NCBI GenBank assembly: GCA_963422395.1
Contig: OY729431.1
Coordinates: 2,688,001 to 2,752,000 of the forward strand
Length of the DNA: 64,000 nucleotides
Reading direction: 5' to 3'
Source: Vicinamibacteria bacterium
GTDB taxonomy: Bacteria > Acidobacteriota > Vicinamibacteria > Marinacidobacterales > Marinacidobacteraceae
Below, piece by piece: positions 49,605 to 60,296 of this stretch (position 1 is the first letter of the stretch; each line of letters opens with the position of its first letter). The position numbers were made by a program, and so were the translations under genes. The notes beneath the pieces were generated by a model. That model was not told the origin of the DNA. It was given only the letters and a program-made list of their open reading frames with translations, and did no database searches.

Positions 49605-52600
49605 TCAGGCTTCGCGCTCCCCGACCAGCCTCGCCGCCACCGGGTCGATGCTCCACACATCACGCGACCGCACCAAGCCGAGGCGTTCCGCCCACGAAAG
49701 CCGCCGCACCACTTCCTCTCGGTCGATCCCGGCTTCGACTGCTTCCTCGACGACCTCATCCCGGCGCAGGCCGCCATAGGCGGCGAGGGGCCGCAGAACA
49801 GCGCGCATCGCCCAATCATCGAGACAGAGCTGGCGGTGGTGTTCCTCCAGCCGAGAACCGTCCGAGAGTTCGCTTTCGAGCGCTTCGAGGCCTGCCTCGG
49901 CACTGCCTTCGTTTTTCTTCATCAGCCAATGGAAGCGCAGGACATACCGCGGCCAACCTCCGGTCTTTTCCAGAATTTCGCCGCGCAGTCCCGCGGAATC
50001 CGAAATGCCGACATCCTCCATCCACTGCCGGAGGTACCCGTCGCGCCAGGGCTCCAGGAAGAGGAGATCCAACCGGTTGTCGGAGTCGAGAGCGGCGGGA
50101 TCGAGCGTCGAAGAGTAGAGCGAGCAACCCTCCGCGAGGAACAGCACCCGAACCTGCCGGTGCTCCTTGCTCAGGCGCCCCAGATAGCTCTGCGCCGCCC
50201 GGATCCATTCCTGCCATTCCCGAGCCCACGAGGCCTCCGCCGGCACTGCATAGACCCCCACGCCGTCCTGCTGGCGGTCCACGGCCTCTCGCAGTTCGGC
50301 CAGGAAGGAGCCGCGGTCGAGGGTGCCCTCGATCGGGACGATCTCGTTTTTCCCCCGCCCGCGAAACCCGTTGAGTACATCGATCACCTGGTGGAATCCG
50401 GCGGCGGGCACTCCGGAAAGCAGCACGACGCCGTTCTTCTCGGCGAACAGCTGTCCTTCCTGCTGGAACGACAGCGGGCTTCGTGAAGGGTCTTCCGGTT
50501 CGTCCGGTTTGCGCCGGGCACGGAAAGTCGCTCGCTCGAACTCCCGCGGCGGCTCCCGCTCTTCGAGCAGCTTCTCCTCGATCTGCTCCTTCGTCCCCAT
50601 CAGGAGCAGCACATTCGGGTTCCTCAGCGAATATCCCTCCGGTTCGGCCTCACCCTCCGATTCGACCTTCCGGAGCACGCCGAGACCCACCATCTCGTCG
50701 AGCAGGGATTCGAATCGGCGGGGGCTGGACTCGGCGAACCCTTTCGGCCACCACTCGTTCGCTTCCCGGTAGATCTCAGTGCGGGAAACCCCGTGGACCA
50801 GCGCCTCCTCGTGCAGGGTGCATCGGTACGCGATCGTGTACGCAATGACTTCGTACCTCTTGTCGAGGTCGAGGGTCAGGTGGAACCTCCCGCGGATGAA
50901 GTCGCGCATGCCGCCCGTCCGGTAGGTCTCATCCAGAATCTCCTCGTCCACGACATGGAGCGGCGGTTCGCTGCGGGGCTTCGAGCGCATCGTGCCGATC
51001 AGCTCGGCGCCGTAGGCCTGGATCAGCCCAGGGTAGTAGTTCGTCTGCGCGAGGATGCGGGTGACGAGATCGGGGGATCGGAACCGGTAACCGACGGCGA
51101 GCAGCGGGCGGGTCAGCAGCTCCTGCGCCGCCCGCATGCCTCCGTTCCGGAGGAGGGGCCCCACCTGGATGGGTTTCCCGAACTGGCCGAGCGGATGGTT
51201 CGCGAGTTCGACCGTCCGCAGCACATTGTGCAGGCCGGCGAAAACGATCTTGATGGAACGCCTGGTGTCGTCCATCAATTTCTTCATCAGGATGGACTCC
51301 CGATATCCGGTCGCCGCCACTCCCGCCTGCTGTTCGCGCGAGTCCACTTCCAGGAACCGGTCCGCCTCGTCCAGCAGCAGCAGGAGCGTCCGTTCGGTAT
51401 CGGGGGCGAAATGCCGGATCAGCGCGTCCAGGAATGCCTGGATCCGGCCTCTTCCCCCCGCGGTGGGCGGCTCCCGGACATCTTCCGGGATCGCGCCCCC
51501 GTCGCGAAGCGTCCGCCAGATCACCGGCCAGATGTAGGCGGTGTCCCGGTGCGCACCGATGCCGTACGCCTTCAAGTCCACGAAGAAGACATGGCGGCCC
51601 TGCTGCGGGCGGTGTGCATCTGCCTCGACGGCGCGCAGGATCGCCGTCTTCCCGAGCTGCCGGCCGCCGTAGAGGAAGCACGGGCCGTAGGGGTCGATTA
51701 CGGCTTCCCTCTCCCCGACCCGTCCGTAGAACATCTCGGGAGGGACGAGGCCTCCCGTCGTCACATAGGGCTGTACATGAGTGAACGGCAGGGCGCAGTG
51801 GAAGAGGACGGGCAGACGGGATCCCCTTTCGCCGCAGAGGAACACGAGGAGCGTTTCGTCGAGAATCAGGAGCGTCGCGGCGCATTCGCGCGAGGCAACG
51901 GCCAGCTCGGTGCGCTGTCTCGCACTCAACCGGCCCAGGTAGAGGACGATCGGCGGCGGGCCGCCTCGCCCTCTCGCATCCGCTATCAGGTCTGCCACCG
52001 GCGGCCGGTTCCAGCGGCAGATCACCCGGTAGCGCCCATTGGCGGCGGAGCCGCAGGCCGGAACCGGGCTCTGTTCCTTTCCTTCGAGGGGAGCCGTGTA
52101 AAGCATCGCCGCATCCTTCTCGAAGGATCGAACCTCCGCCCCGCGGAAGCCGATCTCCGAGAAGAGCTGCTCGATCTGCCGCGCCCCGTCCCGTCCCAGA
52201 CTGCTCCGATCCTTGAGTCCGAGCCAGGCCTCGAGCATCCGCGCCGCCGATTGCCGGCGCTCGCCGGTGAGCTTCCCGAAGCCTTTCTTCCCCTGCCGGA
52301 TCGATTCGAGGACGGCGCGAGGGTGCGATGCTTCGAGCTCCTCCGCGATCGCCTTCGCACCGACGGGAAAGAACTCGTCGAAGACGACGCGCCCCCGGGC
52401 TTCTGGCACCGCGAAGCGCGGATTGTCGCGCACTTGTTGGACCAGCTCGTTCGCGGTCACGATGTCATGCTGCTCGATGGCGCGCCCGATCGCCAGCGTC
52501 TGGGGGCTGTCGGGCGGCAGGTCGAGTTCGTCGAAATCACGCTTCGCCTGTTCGAGGTGCCGTCCCGTGATCCGGTCCAGTTCGGACTCGATGCTTTCCA

Positions 52601-55600
52601 ACCGATCGCGAATCTCACCGAATCGCCAAAATTCGGAGTCCGACAACCGGCGGCCGATCTCGGCGAGGTCCGGTTCGTGCTTCTCCCGCTCGTCGGCGGA
52701 CACGCTGCCCAGCATGAGGCCCTGCTCGACCCGATCCGCGAGTAGTTCGCGCTTCTTCCGAAGCGCGTCCCTCTTTCGCGCGCGCATCTCTCCGAGCTCC
52801 CGGCGAAGCTCGCCGCTCTCGTCGTCTCCGACCCAGTCGAGGATCCGATGCGCCATCTCCAGGTTGCCCTGGTCGAGGTGATGGCGAATCGCTTCGAACT
52901 CGTTCAGGGAGGGCTCGCCGAGCAACGATTCGAGCACTTCCCGAGGCTCACCGACCGGTCCGCCGCCGCTGTCCAAGAGAATTCGGGAACGGAAGAAGCC
53001 GGATGCCAGCAACTCTTCCGGATCGGTTTCCGTCTTCGGACCCGCAACCGGACCCCCCGGATCGAGGAGTGCCCGGAGGCGCTCGATGGCGTGGGCTGCC
53101 ATTCCGGCGCCGGCCGACGGCCAGCCGAGGCCCCCTTCGCAGGTCGCCCCGAGCTCGCGCAGTGCCGCTGCGGCGGAGTCCTCCAGATCGCGGCGCAATT
53201 CCGAGAACACCCTCACGCGGTAATCGGGGCGGCCGACGGAAGGCGCTGCGAGATCCAGATGCCTCTGGACCAGGTCGGCGGCTTTCCCGGCTTCTTCGAC
53301 GAGCTTCTCGAACGCCCGCGTGTGGATGCGCTCCGCGGATCGGCGGGGCCCCCGGATCTCTCGATCCGTTCGGTGGATCAGCTCCTTCAGCTTCCTGGGA
53401 TCCCTCCACGCGGCGACGGCGGTGCGGACCGCCGCTTCGTCGCTTTCTTCGCTCCGCCCGGTTGCGGCCTGCGACAGGATGCGTTCGATGATGCGCCCGA
53501 TCGCACCTTCGGGATCGAGCCAGCGCATCCGAACCGCCGAGGCAGGCTGAAAGAGAAGGGTCCGGCGGGGAGCGTTCGTGCGCCATTCCCGGATTTCCTG
53601 GGTGCACTGCTCGCGCGCGGCGGCCCGTTCCGTATCGGATCGCATGGCCCTCAGCAGGGCTGGATCCGTCCGTGCGTGCTGCACCTTCGCCGCATGCGCG
53701 GCGATGCGCTGCGAGAGTGAATGCAGCTCGGAGAACCGACGGGTATGCGGGAGGTTGGCCAGGATCGCAATCGCCCCGGTGTCGGGGGCGAAGAGCGCCG
53801 GGGGCAGCGAGGCGGCGAACGCCGCTGCTGCGTAGAAGGAGCGCTCCGCGTCAGGCCACTCCGGATCGTGCCGAGGAAAACTTCGGAAGAGCTCGGAGAG
53901 GCGCGACGCGAGCGCCTCGGACCCGCCCTCGATCAGCAGCCGATCGGCGAGCGCCGCCGCCTCGAGCAGGCGGGCGCGGTGCTCTCCTCGACTGGGCGCC
54001 GCGCTCGCGAGCAAGCGGACCGCCTGGAACGCGAAGGGGAGGCGCGGCGGCTTTTCGAGCAGCGCGGCGCAGATCTGCTCCTCCGCCCGGGAGGGCGATG
54101 GATCGGGAAGGGAATCTGTCGGCTCCGGCGAATCTTGCGACTCCGGAGGCTCTGGAAGCTCCTCGGGAGGAGAAGGGGAAACCGTTCGAGCGGATGCCGG
54201 TTGCACATCCTCGCGATCCCGGGCGCCGTCCAACCGACCATCCAACCGGTCGTCGGTCTCGGACGGTGGGGATTCCGGTAGGGGTTGCGCCGAGGTTTCG
54301 CCGGCCGTATCCCGCTCCGGCTCTCGCGGGGCGTCTTCTCGAAGTTCCTCACCACCGCTGCTTTCGTTCGCTGCGGCCTCCCCGGGCTCTCCACCGGACT
54401 CCCCGCCGGCATCTCGGTCGGCATCTCGGTCGGCATCTCGGTCGACTGGGATATCCCCATTCGGCTCGGAGCCGCGCTCGTCACTGTCTCCCGAGGGGGA
54501 TGGCTCACCACCGCCCGACGCAGTTCCACTGGTCCGCGGGGGGGAAGGAGAATCCGGGGACGGGGGCGGTTCCTCGGCGGCATCGAAAGCCTCTCCGAGC
54601 GGGGAAAGCGCCCCGAGGAAGGCGTATTGCACAGTGCGGAGTCTCGCGAGGCAAGCACGCTCCTCCGCCTGGAGTGCCTCGAGGGAGGCGTCCCATGCCG
54701 GCAACGCCAGGAAACCGTCCGGGCGTTCCGCCCGCTTCGCCGCGATCCGCTGCCCTGAACCCTCGTACTCTTTCGCCGCGCGATGGACCTGTTCCCGCGC
54801 TTCGAGCACGGCGGGGAAGAATCGAGCCCGCTCCGCCTCCAGTTGGGCGAGAGCCAGGGACCCGGCGCGAGCGCTCCAGCGGGTCTCCAGCCGCTGACGG
54901 ATGTCCGCGTTCAGCCAGGCGAAGCTCCCATCCGCCTGGAGCTCGTCCAGAGTGCGCCGAACCACCGACAAAAGCCCTTCTAAAGCCGCAGCAGAGAGTT
55001 CGGCAGAGAGTTCGGCCTGGACCGCGGGTGCGGCCTTCCGCAGCTCATCGACGGTCTCGGTGATTTCGTCGAGGATTTCGTCGAGACCGGCCGGGTCGGG
55101 AGGAGGGCCGGCGGCAGCCTCCCCGAGCTCCGCCAGCGCCCGGCAGAGGGCGGTCCACCGCTCGACGGCGCCCGGTTCTTCTTCGCCGGCATCTTCTCCG
55201 TAGGACTCTTCCTCTCCCTCGGCTGTCGGTTCGGCGGCTCCCGCCGCAGCTCGGTCGTTCGGCAGGAGCCCGCGGAACTGGTCCCGGAGATCGGGAGCGA
55301 TCCGGACGGCTTCGGCGAAGACTCCCGGATCGTTCCGCAGGGTGGCGACCGCGAAGGTTCGCAGCACCGAGCGCTCGCGGGCCGCCTCGTCGAGCGAATC
55401 CCAGCGGGCGAGGGATTCCCGCGTCCCGGACCAGGCCCTTTCGGCGATCCGTTGCGTCTTCTCCGTCTTCGCCCGTTCGCCCGAGGACTCCGAAGCCCGG
55501 TTCGGGGAGGCCCCGGGTTCCGGCTCCAAGAAGTCGGCGAGCACCTCTGCTTCGAACGACGGAACTGCGCCCGGACCGTGCAGCAAACGGTTCTCCCACA

Positions 55601-55877
55601 CCGCTCGTCGGAACCCTGGATCCGCGTAGCGCCACTGGACCAGCCGGCGGTCGAGGGCACCGGGTGGCGGCGACGGCTCGCGGGCCTTGAATTCCGCCTC
55701 GATCCGGCTTCGCGCCTCCCGCGGAATGCGGCTCACGACGCGCAGTCGGGCCTGCCGGTTCAAGCCGAGGATTCGGTTGAGAAGGTCGGGGTCCTCACCC
55801 AACAGGCGGGGCAGGCCCCGAGGCAAATCGGGCATCTTCTCGTCCACCGCACGGATGGTACCGGCGTATGGTGACAA
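49605..55877 (-). CDS. Giant P-loop NTPase (STAND-like) of unknown function
   Basis: QPY..PPEMFYGR, Walker A GGRQLGKT, Walker B LLLLDEAD; 2090-codon open frame. Start may be ATG 55835. Confidence 0.85.
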   Translation of the reverse strand: MSPYAGTIRAVDEKMPDLPRGLPRLLGEDPDLLNRILGLNRQARLRVVSRIPREARSRIEAEFKAREPSPPPGALDRRLVQWRYADPGFRRAVWENRLLHGPGAVPSFEAEVLADFLEPEPGASPNRASESSGERAKTEKTQRIAERAWSGTRESLARWDSLDEAARERSVLRTFAVATLRNDPGVFAEAVRIAPDLRDQFRGLLPNDRAAAGAAEPTAEGEEESYGEDAGEEEPGAVERWTALCRALAELGEAAAGPPPDPAGLDEILDEITETVDELRKAAPAVQAELSAELSAAALEGLLSVVRRTLDELQADGSFAWLNADIRQRLETRWSARAGSLALAQLEAERARFFPAVLEAREQVHRAAKEYEGSGQRIAAKRAERPDGFLALPAWDASLEALQAEERACLARLRTVQYAFLGALSPLGEAFDAAEEPPPSPDSPSPPRTSGTASGGGEPSPSGDSDERGSEPNGDIPVDRDADRDADRDAGGESGGEPGEAAANESSGGEELREDAPREPERDTAGETSAQPLPESPPSETDDRLDGRLDGARDREDVQPASARTVSPSPPEELPEPPESQDSPEPTDSLPDPSPSRAEEQICAALLEKPPRLPFAFQAVRLLASAAPSRGEHRARLLEAAALADRLLIEGGSEALASRLSELFRSFPRHDPEWPDAERSFYAAAAFAASLPPALFAPDTGAIAILANLPHTRRFSELHSLSQRIAAHAAKVQHARTDPALLRAMRSDTERAAAREQCTQEIREWRTNAPRRTLLFQPASAVRMRWLDPEGAIGRIIERILSQAATGRSEESDEAAVRTAVAAWRDPRKLKELIHRTDREIRGPRRSAERIHTRAFEKLVEEAGKAADLVQRHLDLAAPSVGRPDYRVRVFSELRRDLEDSAAAALRELGATCEGGLGWPSAGAGMAAHAIERLRALLDPGGPVAGPKTETDPEELLASGFFRSRILLDSGGGPVGEPREVLESLLGEPSLNEFEAIRHHLDQGNLEMAHRILDWVGDDESGELRRELGEMRARKRDALRKKRELLADRVEQGLMLGSVSADEREKHEPDLAEIGRRLSDSEFWRFGEIRDRLESIESELDRITGRHLEQAKRDFDELDLPPDSPQTLAIGRAIEQHDIVTANELVQQVRDNPRFAVPEARGRVVFDEFFPVGAKAIAEELEASHPRAVLESIRQGKKGFGKLTGERRQSAARMLEAWLGLKDRSSLGRDGARQIEQLFSEIGFRGAEVRSFEKDAAMLYTAPLEGKEQSPVPACGSAANGRYRVICRWNRPPVADLIADARGRGGPPPIVLYLGRLSARQRTELAVASRECAATLLILDETLLVFLCGERGSRLPVLFHCALPFTHVQPYVTTGGLVPPEMFYGRVGEREAVIDPYGPCFLYGGRQLGKTAILRAVEADAHRPQQGRHVFFVDLKAYGIGAHRDTAYIWPVIWRTLRDGGAIPEDVREPPTAGGRGRIQAFLDALIRHFAPDTERTLLLLLDEADRFLEVDSREQQAGVAATGYRESILMKKLMDDTRRSIKIVFAGLHNVLRTVELANHPLGQFGKPIQVGPLLRNGGMRAAQELLTRPLLAVGYRFRSPDLVTRILAQTNYYPGLIQAYGAELIGTMRSKPRSEPPLHVVDEEILDETYRTGGMRDFIRGRFHLTLDLDKRYEVIAYTIAYRCTLHEEALVHGVSRTEIYREANEWWPKGFAESSPRRFESLLDEMVGLGVLRKVESEGEAEPEGYSLRNPNVLLLMGTKEQIEEKLLEEREPPREFERATFRARRKPDEPEDPSRSPLSFQQEGQLFAEKNGVVLLSGVPAAGFHQVIDVLNGFRGRGKNEIVPIEGTLDRGSFLAELREAVDRQQDGVGVYAVPAEASWAREWQEWIRAAQSYLGRLSKEHRQVRVLFLAEGCSLYSSTLDPAALDSDNRLDLLFLEPWRDGYLRQWMEDVGISDSAGLRGEILEKTGGWPRYVLRFHWLMKKNEGSAEAGLEALESELSDGSRLEEHHRQLCLDDWAMRAVLRPLAAYGGLRRDEVVEEAVEAGIDREEVVRRLSWAERLGLVRSRDVWSIDPVAARLVGEREA
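54407..54444. repeat. 12-bp tandem repeat (CGGCATCTCGGT)x3
   Basis: Encodes DRDA repeats in the acidic linker of the giant ORF. Confidence 0.85.
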
Positions 55878-55906
55878 AATCCGGCACGACCGCGGCTATC
55901 CGCAGA

Positions 55907-58348
55907 TCATCCAGGATCGGTCGGGGGGCCGGCCTCGTCCGCCTTCCCGTCCAGATGCCGGTCGAAGAAGGCCGTCATCCGCCGGTAGCTGTCACGGCGG
56001 GTGGGGATTTCGTCCCAGCCGTGGTCTTCGACGGGATAGACGACGAGGTCGAAGTCCTTCTGTTTCTCGATGAGGATCTGGGCGAGACGGAAGGAGTCCT
56101 GGATCTGGACATTGCCATCCACCAGACCGTGCTGGATCTGGAGGGCGTCTCGGAGCCCGTCTGCGTAATAGACCGGACTCGAGATCCGGTAGGCCTCTTC
56201 ATCGTCGAGCTGGCTGCCGTTCAGGATCCGGCTGGTGTATCCCTGGTTGTAGTGGGCCCAGTCGGTAACCGGGTAGAGCGCGACCCCGGCGGCGTAACGG
56301 CCGGGGTGCCTGAAGAGCGACATGAGGGTGAAGAAGCCGCCGTACGAACCTCCGTACACCCCGACTCGCTCGCGGGCGACCCCGTGATCCGAGACCAGCA
56401 GGTCGAGGAGAGGCAGGGCGCTGTCGATGTCGGAGACTCCCATCTGCCGGTAGGCGTAGGTGCGGTTCCGGTGGCCGTACCCCGAACTTCCCCGGTAATC
56501 CACGGAAGCCGCAGCGTAGCCGCGCTGGATCAGATAGTTCGCATAGACGATGCTGCCGAGGCGCGCCCAGCCCTTGACCACTGCCTGCGCGCATTCGCCG
56601 CAGCCGTGCGCATAGACCACTGCGGGGATTTCCCCGGGAGTCCTCCCCGAGGGCGGATCCCAGATCCGGGCCCAAGCGGTGTTGCCGTCGGGCAGGTCGT
56701 ATTCGACGATCTCGCTCTTCGCCCAGGCGGTCCGGTAGAAAGCGTCGGTGCCGCTCTTCGTGATCCTCACCGGCTCGGAGCCCGATGCTGTGTCCATCAG
56801 GAAGAGATCGCCGAATTCGGTCAGCGACTGCCGGACGACCGCGACCCGGCCGCCGTCCGGGGAAACCGCCCACGAATGCATCCCCTCGCCCCAGGTGATC
56901 CGTTCGAGCTCGCCGCCGCGCACCGGCAGCCGGTAGAGGTGCTCTTCTCCGGGATGCTCGCGGCTGGTGGTGACGAGGAAGGAGTCCCCGCCGGGGGCGA
57001 GTTCGGCGCGGCGCACCTCGAAGGCACCTTCGGTCGAGGCCGCGACCTCGCCGTCGAGGTTCGCGAGCAGCAGCATGGCAAAGCCGCTGGCGGTGGACCC
57101 GAACGCGAACGCCTGGCTGTCGGGGAGCCATTCGACGAAGCCCGGCGACCAGCGGCCGATCACCAGCGGACCGCCGATCCAGGCTTCCTCGCGCTGGTGA
57201 TCGAGGTGGCGGAGGGTGCCGGTTTCCAGGTCGAGCAGGGAGATCCAGCGCTGCTTGTGGTCCATGGAGAGCACCTGGACCACCCCGTGTTCGCCGTCCG
57301 GACTCCACACCGGGCCGTGCATCACGGTGTCTTCGTCCACCCCATCCTCGACCCAGCGGATCTCGATGTCCTCGGGACGCACCGAGGGGTCCACCGCCAC
57401 GATCCCCATCCTCCAGGAGGGAAGCGCCTCCCCCACCTTCGGGCGGGCCGACTCGTCCGTCGCCTGCCCGCTTTCATTCACGAACTCCATGAAATGAGTG
57501 CGGTTCGGCTCCTCCGGCCCCTTCCTGGCCCGAAAGACGACGAAACGGCCGTCGGGGGAGAGACGGAGGTCCACGGCGCGCTCTCCCTTCGGCATCGGAA
57601 TCGCCTGCGGCAGCGAGGTCCGGCGCGCCCGGCGCAGATCGGCGAGCCGCTCTTCGTGCTCTTTCCGCTCACGCACCACGCCCACCAGTTCGTTCTGCTG
57701 CGCCTCGAGCCATGCATCCTGTTCGCTCGGGTCTTCCTCGGCGGCGGTGACGACCGCGGCCTGCCGGAGAAGCCCGGCCCCGATGTCGTATTCCCAGAGA
57801 TCTCCGTTTTCCGGAGAGTTCGCGGAAAGCCCCTGGGTGGCGAAGAGAACGGCACTGCCGTCGGGGCGCAGGCGCAGGGAGCCGATCCCGCCGGCGCCCG
57901 AATAGACAGGCCGTGAACCCTCTCCGCGGGTCCAAACGAAGAGCGTCCCCTCCCGGCTCCATGCGGAAGTGCCGCCAGCCAGGGAGCGGACCCGATCGGC
58001 GCCGGGCACGAGGCGGATCTCGGCTTCGGTCAGCTCGCGGAGGCCCAGCCCCTCCCGGTCCACCGCGAACCACGGATCATCCTCCGGAAGCTGGCCGGGC
58101 GCCGGATCCTCGCGCCAACGGAAGTAGAGCACCTCGCCGGAGTCAGCCCAGCGCAGCTCCCGCGGGGGAAGTCCGAAGACCCGGTTCCCGCCCGCCAGAT
58201 GATCCAGGGTGAGTCGAAAGTCGGGATCAGCAGCCGCCGAGGTCAGCTCGGACTGGGAGCGGAGCTGGCCGAACACCGGCGCCGCCCCCAGGAAGAACAG
58301 CAGCGCTGCCCCCAGCAGAGCTGCATCGGTCTGGTGGAGTCGCCGCAT
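55907..58348 (-). CDS. S9 family prolyl oligopeptidase / DPP IV-like
   Basis: Signal peptide, beta-propeller, GGSYGG, HGLVDGNV, EDHG. Confidence 0.93.
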   Translation of the reverse strand: MRRLHQTDAALLGAALLFFLGAAPVFGQLRSQSELTSAAADPDFRLTLDHLAGGNRVFGLPPRELRWADSGEVLYFRWREDPAPGQLPEDDPWFAVDREGLGLRELTEAEIRLVPGADRVRSLAGGTSAWSREGTLFVWTRGEGSRPVYSGAGGIGSLRLRPDGSAVLFATQGLSANSPENGDLWEYDIGAGLLRQAAVVTAAEEDPSEQDAWLEAQQNELVGVVRERKEHEERLADLRRARRTSLPQAIPMPKGERAVDLRLSPDGRFVVFRARKGPEEPNRTHFMEFVNESGQATDESARPKVGEALPSWRMGIVAVDPSVRPEDIEIRWVEDGVDEDTVMHGPVWSPDGEHGVVQVLSMDHKQRWISLLDLETGTLRHLDHQREEAWIGGPLVIGRWSPGFVEWLPDSQAFAFGSTASGFAMLLLANLDGEVAASTEGAFEVRRAELAPGGDSFLVTTSREHPGEEHLYRLPVRGGELERITWGEGMHSWAVSPDGGRVAVVRQSLTEFGDLFLMDTASGSEPVRITKSGTDAFYRTAWAKSEIVEYDLPDGNTAWARIWDPPSGRTPGEIPAVVYAHGCGECAQAVVKGWARLGSIVYANYLIQRGYAAASVDYRGSSGYGHRNRTYAYRQMGVSDIDSALPLLDLLVSDHGVARERVGVYGGSYGGFFTLMSLFRHPGRYAAGVALYPVTDWAHYNQGYTSRILNGSQLDDEEAYRISSPVYYADGLRDALQIQHGLVDGNVQIQDSFRLAQILIEKQKDFDLVVYPVEDHGWDEIPTRRDSYRRMTAFFDRHLDGKADEAGPPTDPG

Positions 58349-58366
58349 ATCGGGCCCCCTTCAGGC

Positions 58367-59689
58367 TCAGCGGATCAGCAGGATCCGATCGTTCGCTGGA
58401 TAGAGCCACTCCACCCCCCGCTCGGTGACGATGGCGTCGTCCTCCAATGGAATGCGCACTTTCGCCCCCCCGAATTCCTCCGCCTTCGTATAGGCGAACA
58501 GCTCGATGGAGAACATGTTGGAGGGCACGATCTCGTATTCGAGGCGGGTCGGATTGAACCAGGCGATCGAAGGGCCGATGCCGTGGCCGAGGTTGCCTAC
58601 CGAGTGGCAGCCGATCGCGATGTCGGTGGTCTCCTCCATAGTGGGCTGGTTGAATTCGATCATCTGGAATCCGGCCTCGGTGAGCGCTTCGCCGAGCCGT
58701 TCGAGCATCGCTCCTGCCGTCGGCCCCGGCCTTATGGTGCGCCGGATCACTTCGCGTGCGGCGCGGCCCCGGTCGAAGGCGTTCTGGATCCCCGGTGGAG
58801 CGGCGACCTCCCCCTCCCGCAGCACATAGGCGATCCGCTTCATGTCGGTATAGAAGTTCAGATAGCCCACCCCCCAATCGATCATCAGCAGATCGCCGCG
58901 CTGGATGATCCGTTCGTTCGAGGTGGCCTCGATACCGCCGGGGCCGGTGATGTAGATGGACGGCATCCCGAACGAAGTGTCGAGTCCGTTCTCCAGCAGT
59001 TGCTGTTCGATCCACCACGCTGCATCTTCGAGCGCGGTCACTCCGGGAGTGATGACTTCGTTGGAGAAGGCGCGCTCGGCGATCTTCCTCGACCATTCGC
59101 CGGCTTCACCGAAAGCGACGATCTCGCTCGCCACCCGGCGGGAACGAAAATCGGAAATCAATTTTTCCGCAGAAACCAGCCGGTCCCGGTAGGGCTCGCC
59201 CAGGGTCTCCCGCAAGTGGAGCCAACTCGTATGGGAGAGCCCGTCCGCGGCGCCGATGCTGCGCGACATGTTGACGCCGATCGCCTGCGGGTCGCGTTCC
59301 CGCACGAATTCGGCGAGATCGACATTACCGGACACCTCGTCGTACACCCCGCACCGTTCCAGTTTGTATCCCGAGACGCCGATGGCCACCCGCTCGATCC
59401 GGTCTCCGCCGCGGTCCGTGAAGATGTAGTAACCGGTGCTGCCGATGTAGCCCCGGCCGAGGTCCTCCCAGAGCGGATCGCGGAGCCCCTCCTTCATGAC
59501 CGTGATCCACATGTCCACACCGTTCCCGCGCATCGCCTCGGGCAGTACGAGATCGAATTTGTCGGCGCGGATCTGACACATGCGCTCCCAGCGAATGCGG
59601 GCCTCGGTCTTCGCCCCGGCAGCCGCCGGGAGGAGAGTCAGAGCGAGAAGGGCGCCCGCAGCCGAACGGCGATGGATGACGAAACTCAT
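58367..59689 (-). CDS. M24 family metallopeptidase, exported
   Basis: IDWG..YTDMKR, GHGIG, FSIE, LEDD. Start ATG 59689 with signal peptide. Confidence 0.85.
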   Translation of the reverse strand: MSFVIHRRSAAGALLALTLLPAAAGAKTEARIRWERMCQIRADKFDLVLPEAMRGNGVDMWITVMKEGLRDPLWEDLGRGYIGSTGYYIFTDRGGDRIERVAIGVSGYKLERCGVYDEVSGNVDLAEFVRERDPQAIGVNMSRSIGAADGLSHTSWLHLRETLGEPYRDRLVSAEKLISDFRSRRVASEIVAFGEAGEWSRKIAERAFSNEVITPGVTALEDAAWWIEQQLLENGLDTSFGMPSIYITGPGGIEATSNERIIQRGDLLMIDWGVGYLNFYTDMKRIAYVLREGEVAAPPGIQNAFDRGRAAREVIRRTIRPGPTAGAMLERLGEALTEAGFQMIEFNQPTMEETTDIAIGCHSVGNLGHGIGPSIAWFNPTRLEYEIVPSNMFSIELFAYTKAEEFGGAKVRIPLEDDAIVTERGVEWLYPANDRILLIR

Positions 59690-59876
59690 GGCTTTCCTCC
59701 CGGAATCAGCAATCTGCAGGACGATGTCACGCATGCCCTCGTCGGCTCGGCACCGGTTCTCCGGGCGGGAACACCGGTGATCTCTCCACTCCCTCCAGAA
59801 AGGCGCGAATGATCCGTCCACCGCCGAGCGGCGGAGAATCTCGGTAGGGGATTCCGCAGAGATACCGTAGGGAGTC

Positions 59877-60257
59877 TCAGTCGCCTCCCGGCATGTCCGA
59901 GCGGTACGGGCTTCCTTCGTTTCCGGAAACCTCACCGGCGGTCGGTTTCTCGTCCGGAAGTTCCGAGTCCTGGTCGAGGGTTTCCGGTTCGGCGAACATC
60001 TCCTCGAAGGTCGCCCGCGCCAGCTCATTGGCCGCGCGCTGCTCCTCGGTCAGCTCCTCGCTGTCGTCGGAGAGGATTTCCGCCGCTTCCTTCGGGTCGT
60101 ACACCTCGATTTTGCCGGCCCGCAGCTCGGCAAGCGCGATCGCGGTCGATCGGCGGCAGCTGGTCTCGACCTTCGGCGCCGCACCGAGGATCAGTTGGCG
60201 CACCCTCTGGGCCACGGCATTCGCCTGCAGGAATTGGCTGGCATCCTCGATTTTCAC
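59877..60257 (-). CDS. rpoZ: RNA polymerase omega subunit with acidic C-terminal tail
   Basis: F....AVAQRVRQLILGAAP....IALAELRAGKI. Confidence 0.8.
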   Translation of the reverse strand: MKIEDASQFLQANAVAQRVRQLILGAAPKVETSCRRSTAIALAELRAGKIEVYDPKEAAEILSDDSEELTEEQRAANELARATFEEMFAEPETLDQDSELPDEKPTAGEVSGNEGSPYRSDMPGGD

Positions 60258-60296
60258 GATCTTCCTCTCGCTCCCATCACCACCGGACCGGGAATC

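Noticed and set aside
21018-57916. Very long antisense or alternate-frame ORFs (e.g. 21018-23369, 23104-25215, 38887-41220, 43479-45569, 55868-57916)
   Set aside because: Shadow ORFs expected at high GC; they overlap clearly identified genes and show no motifs.
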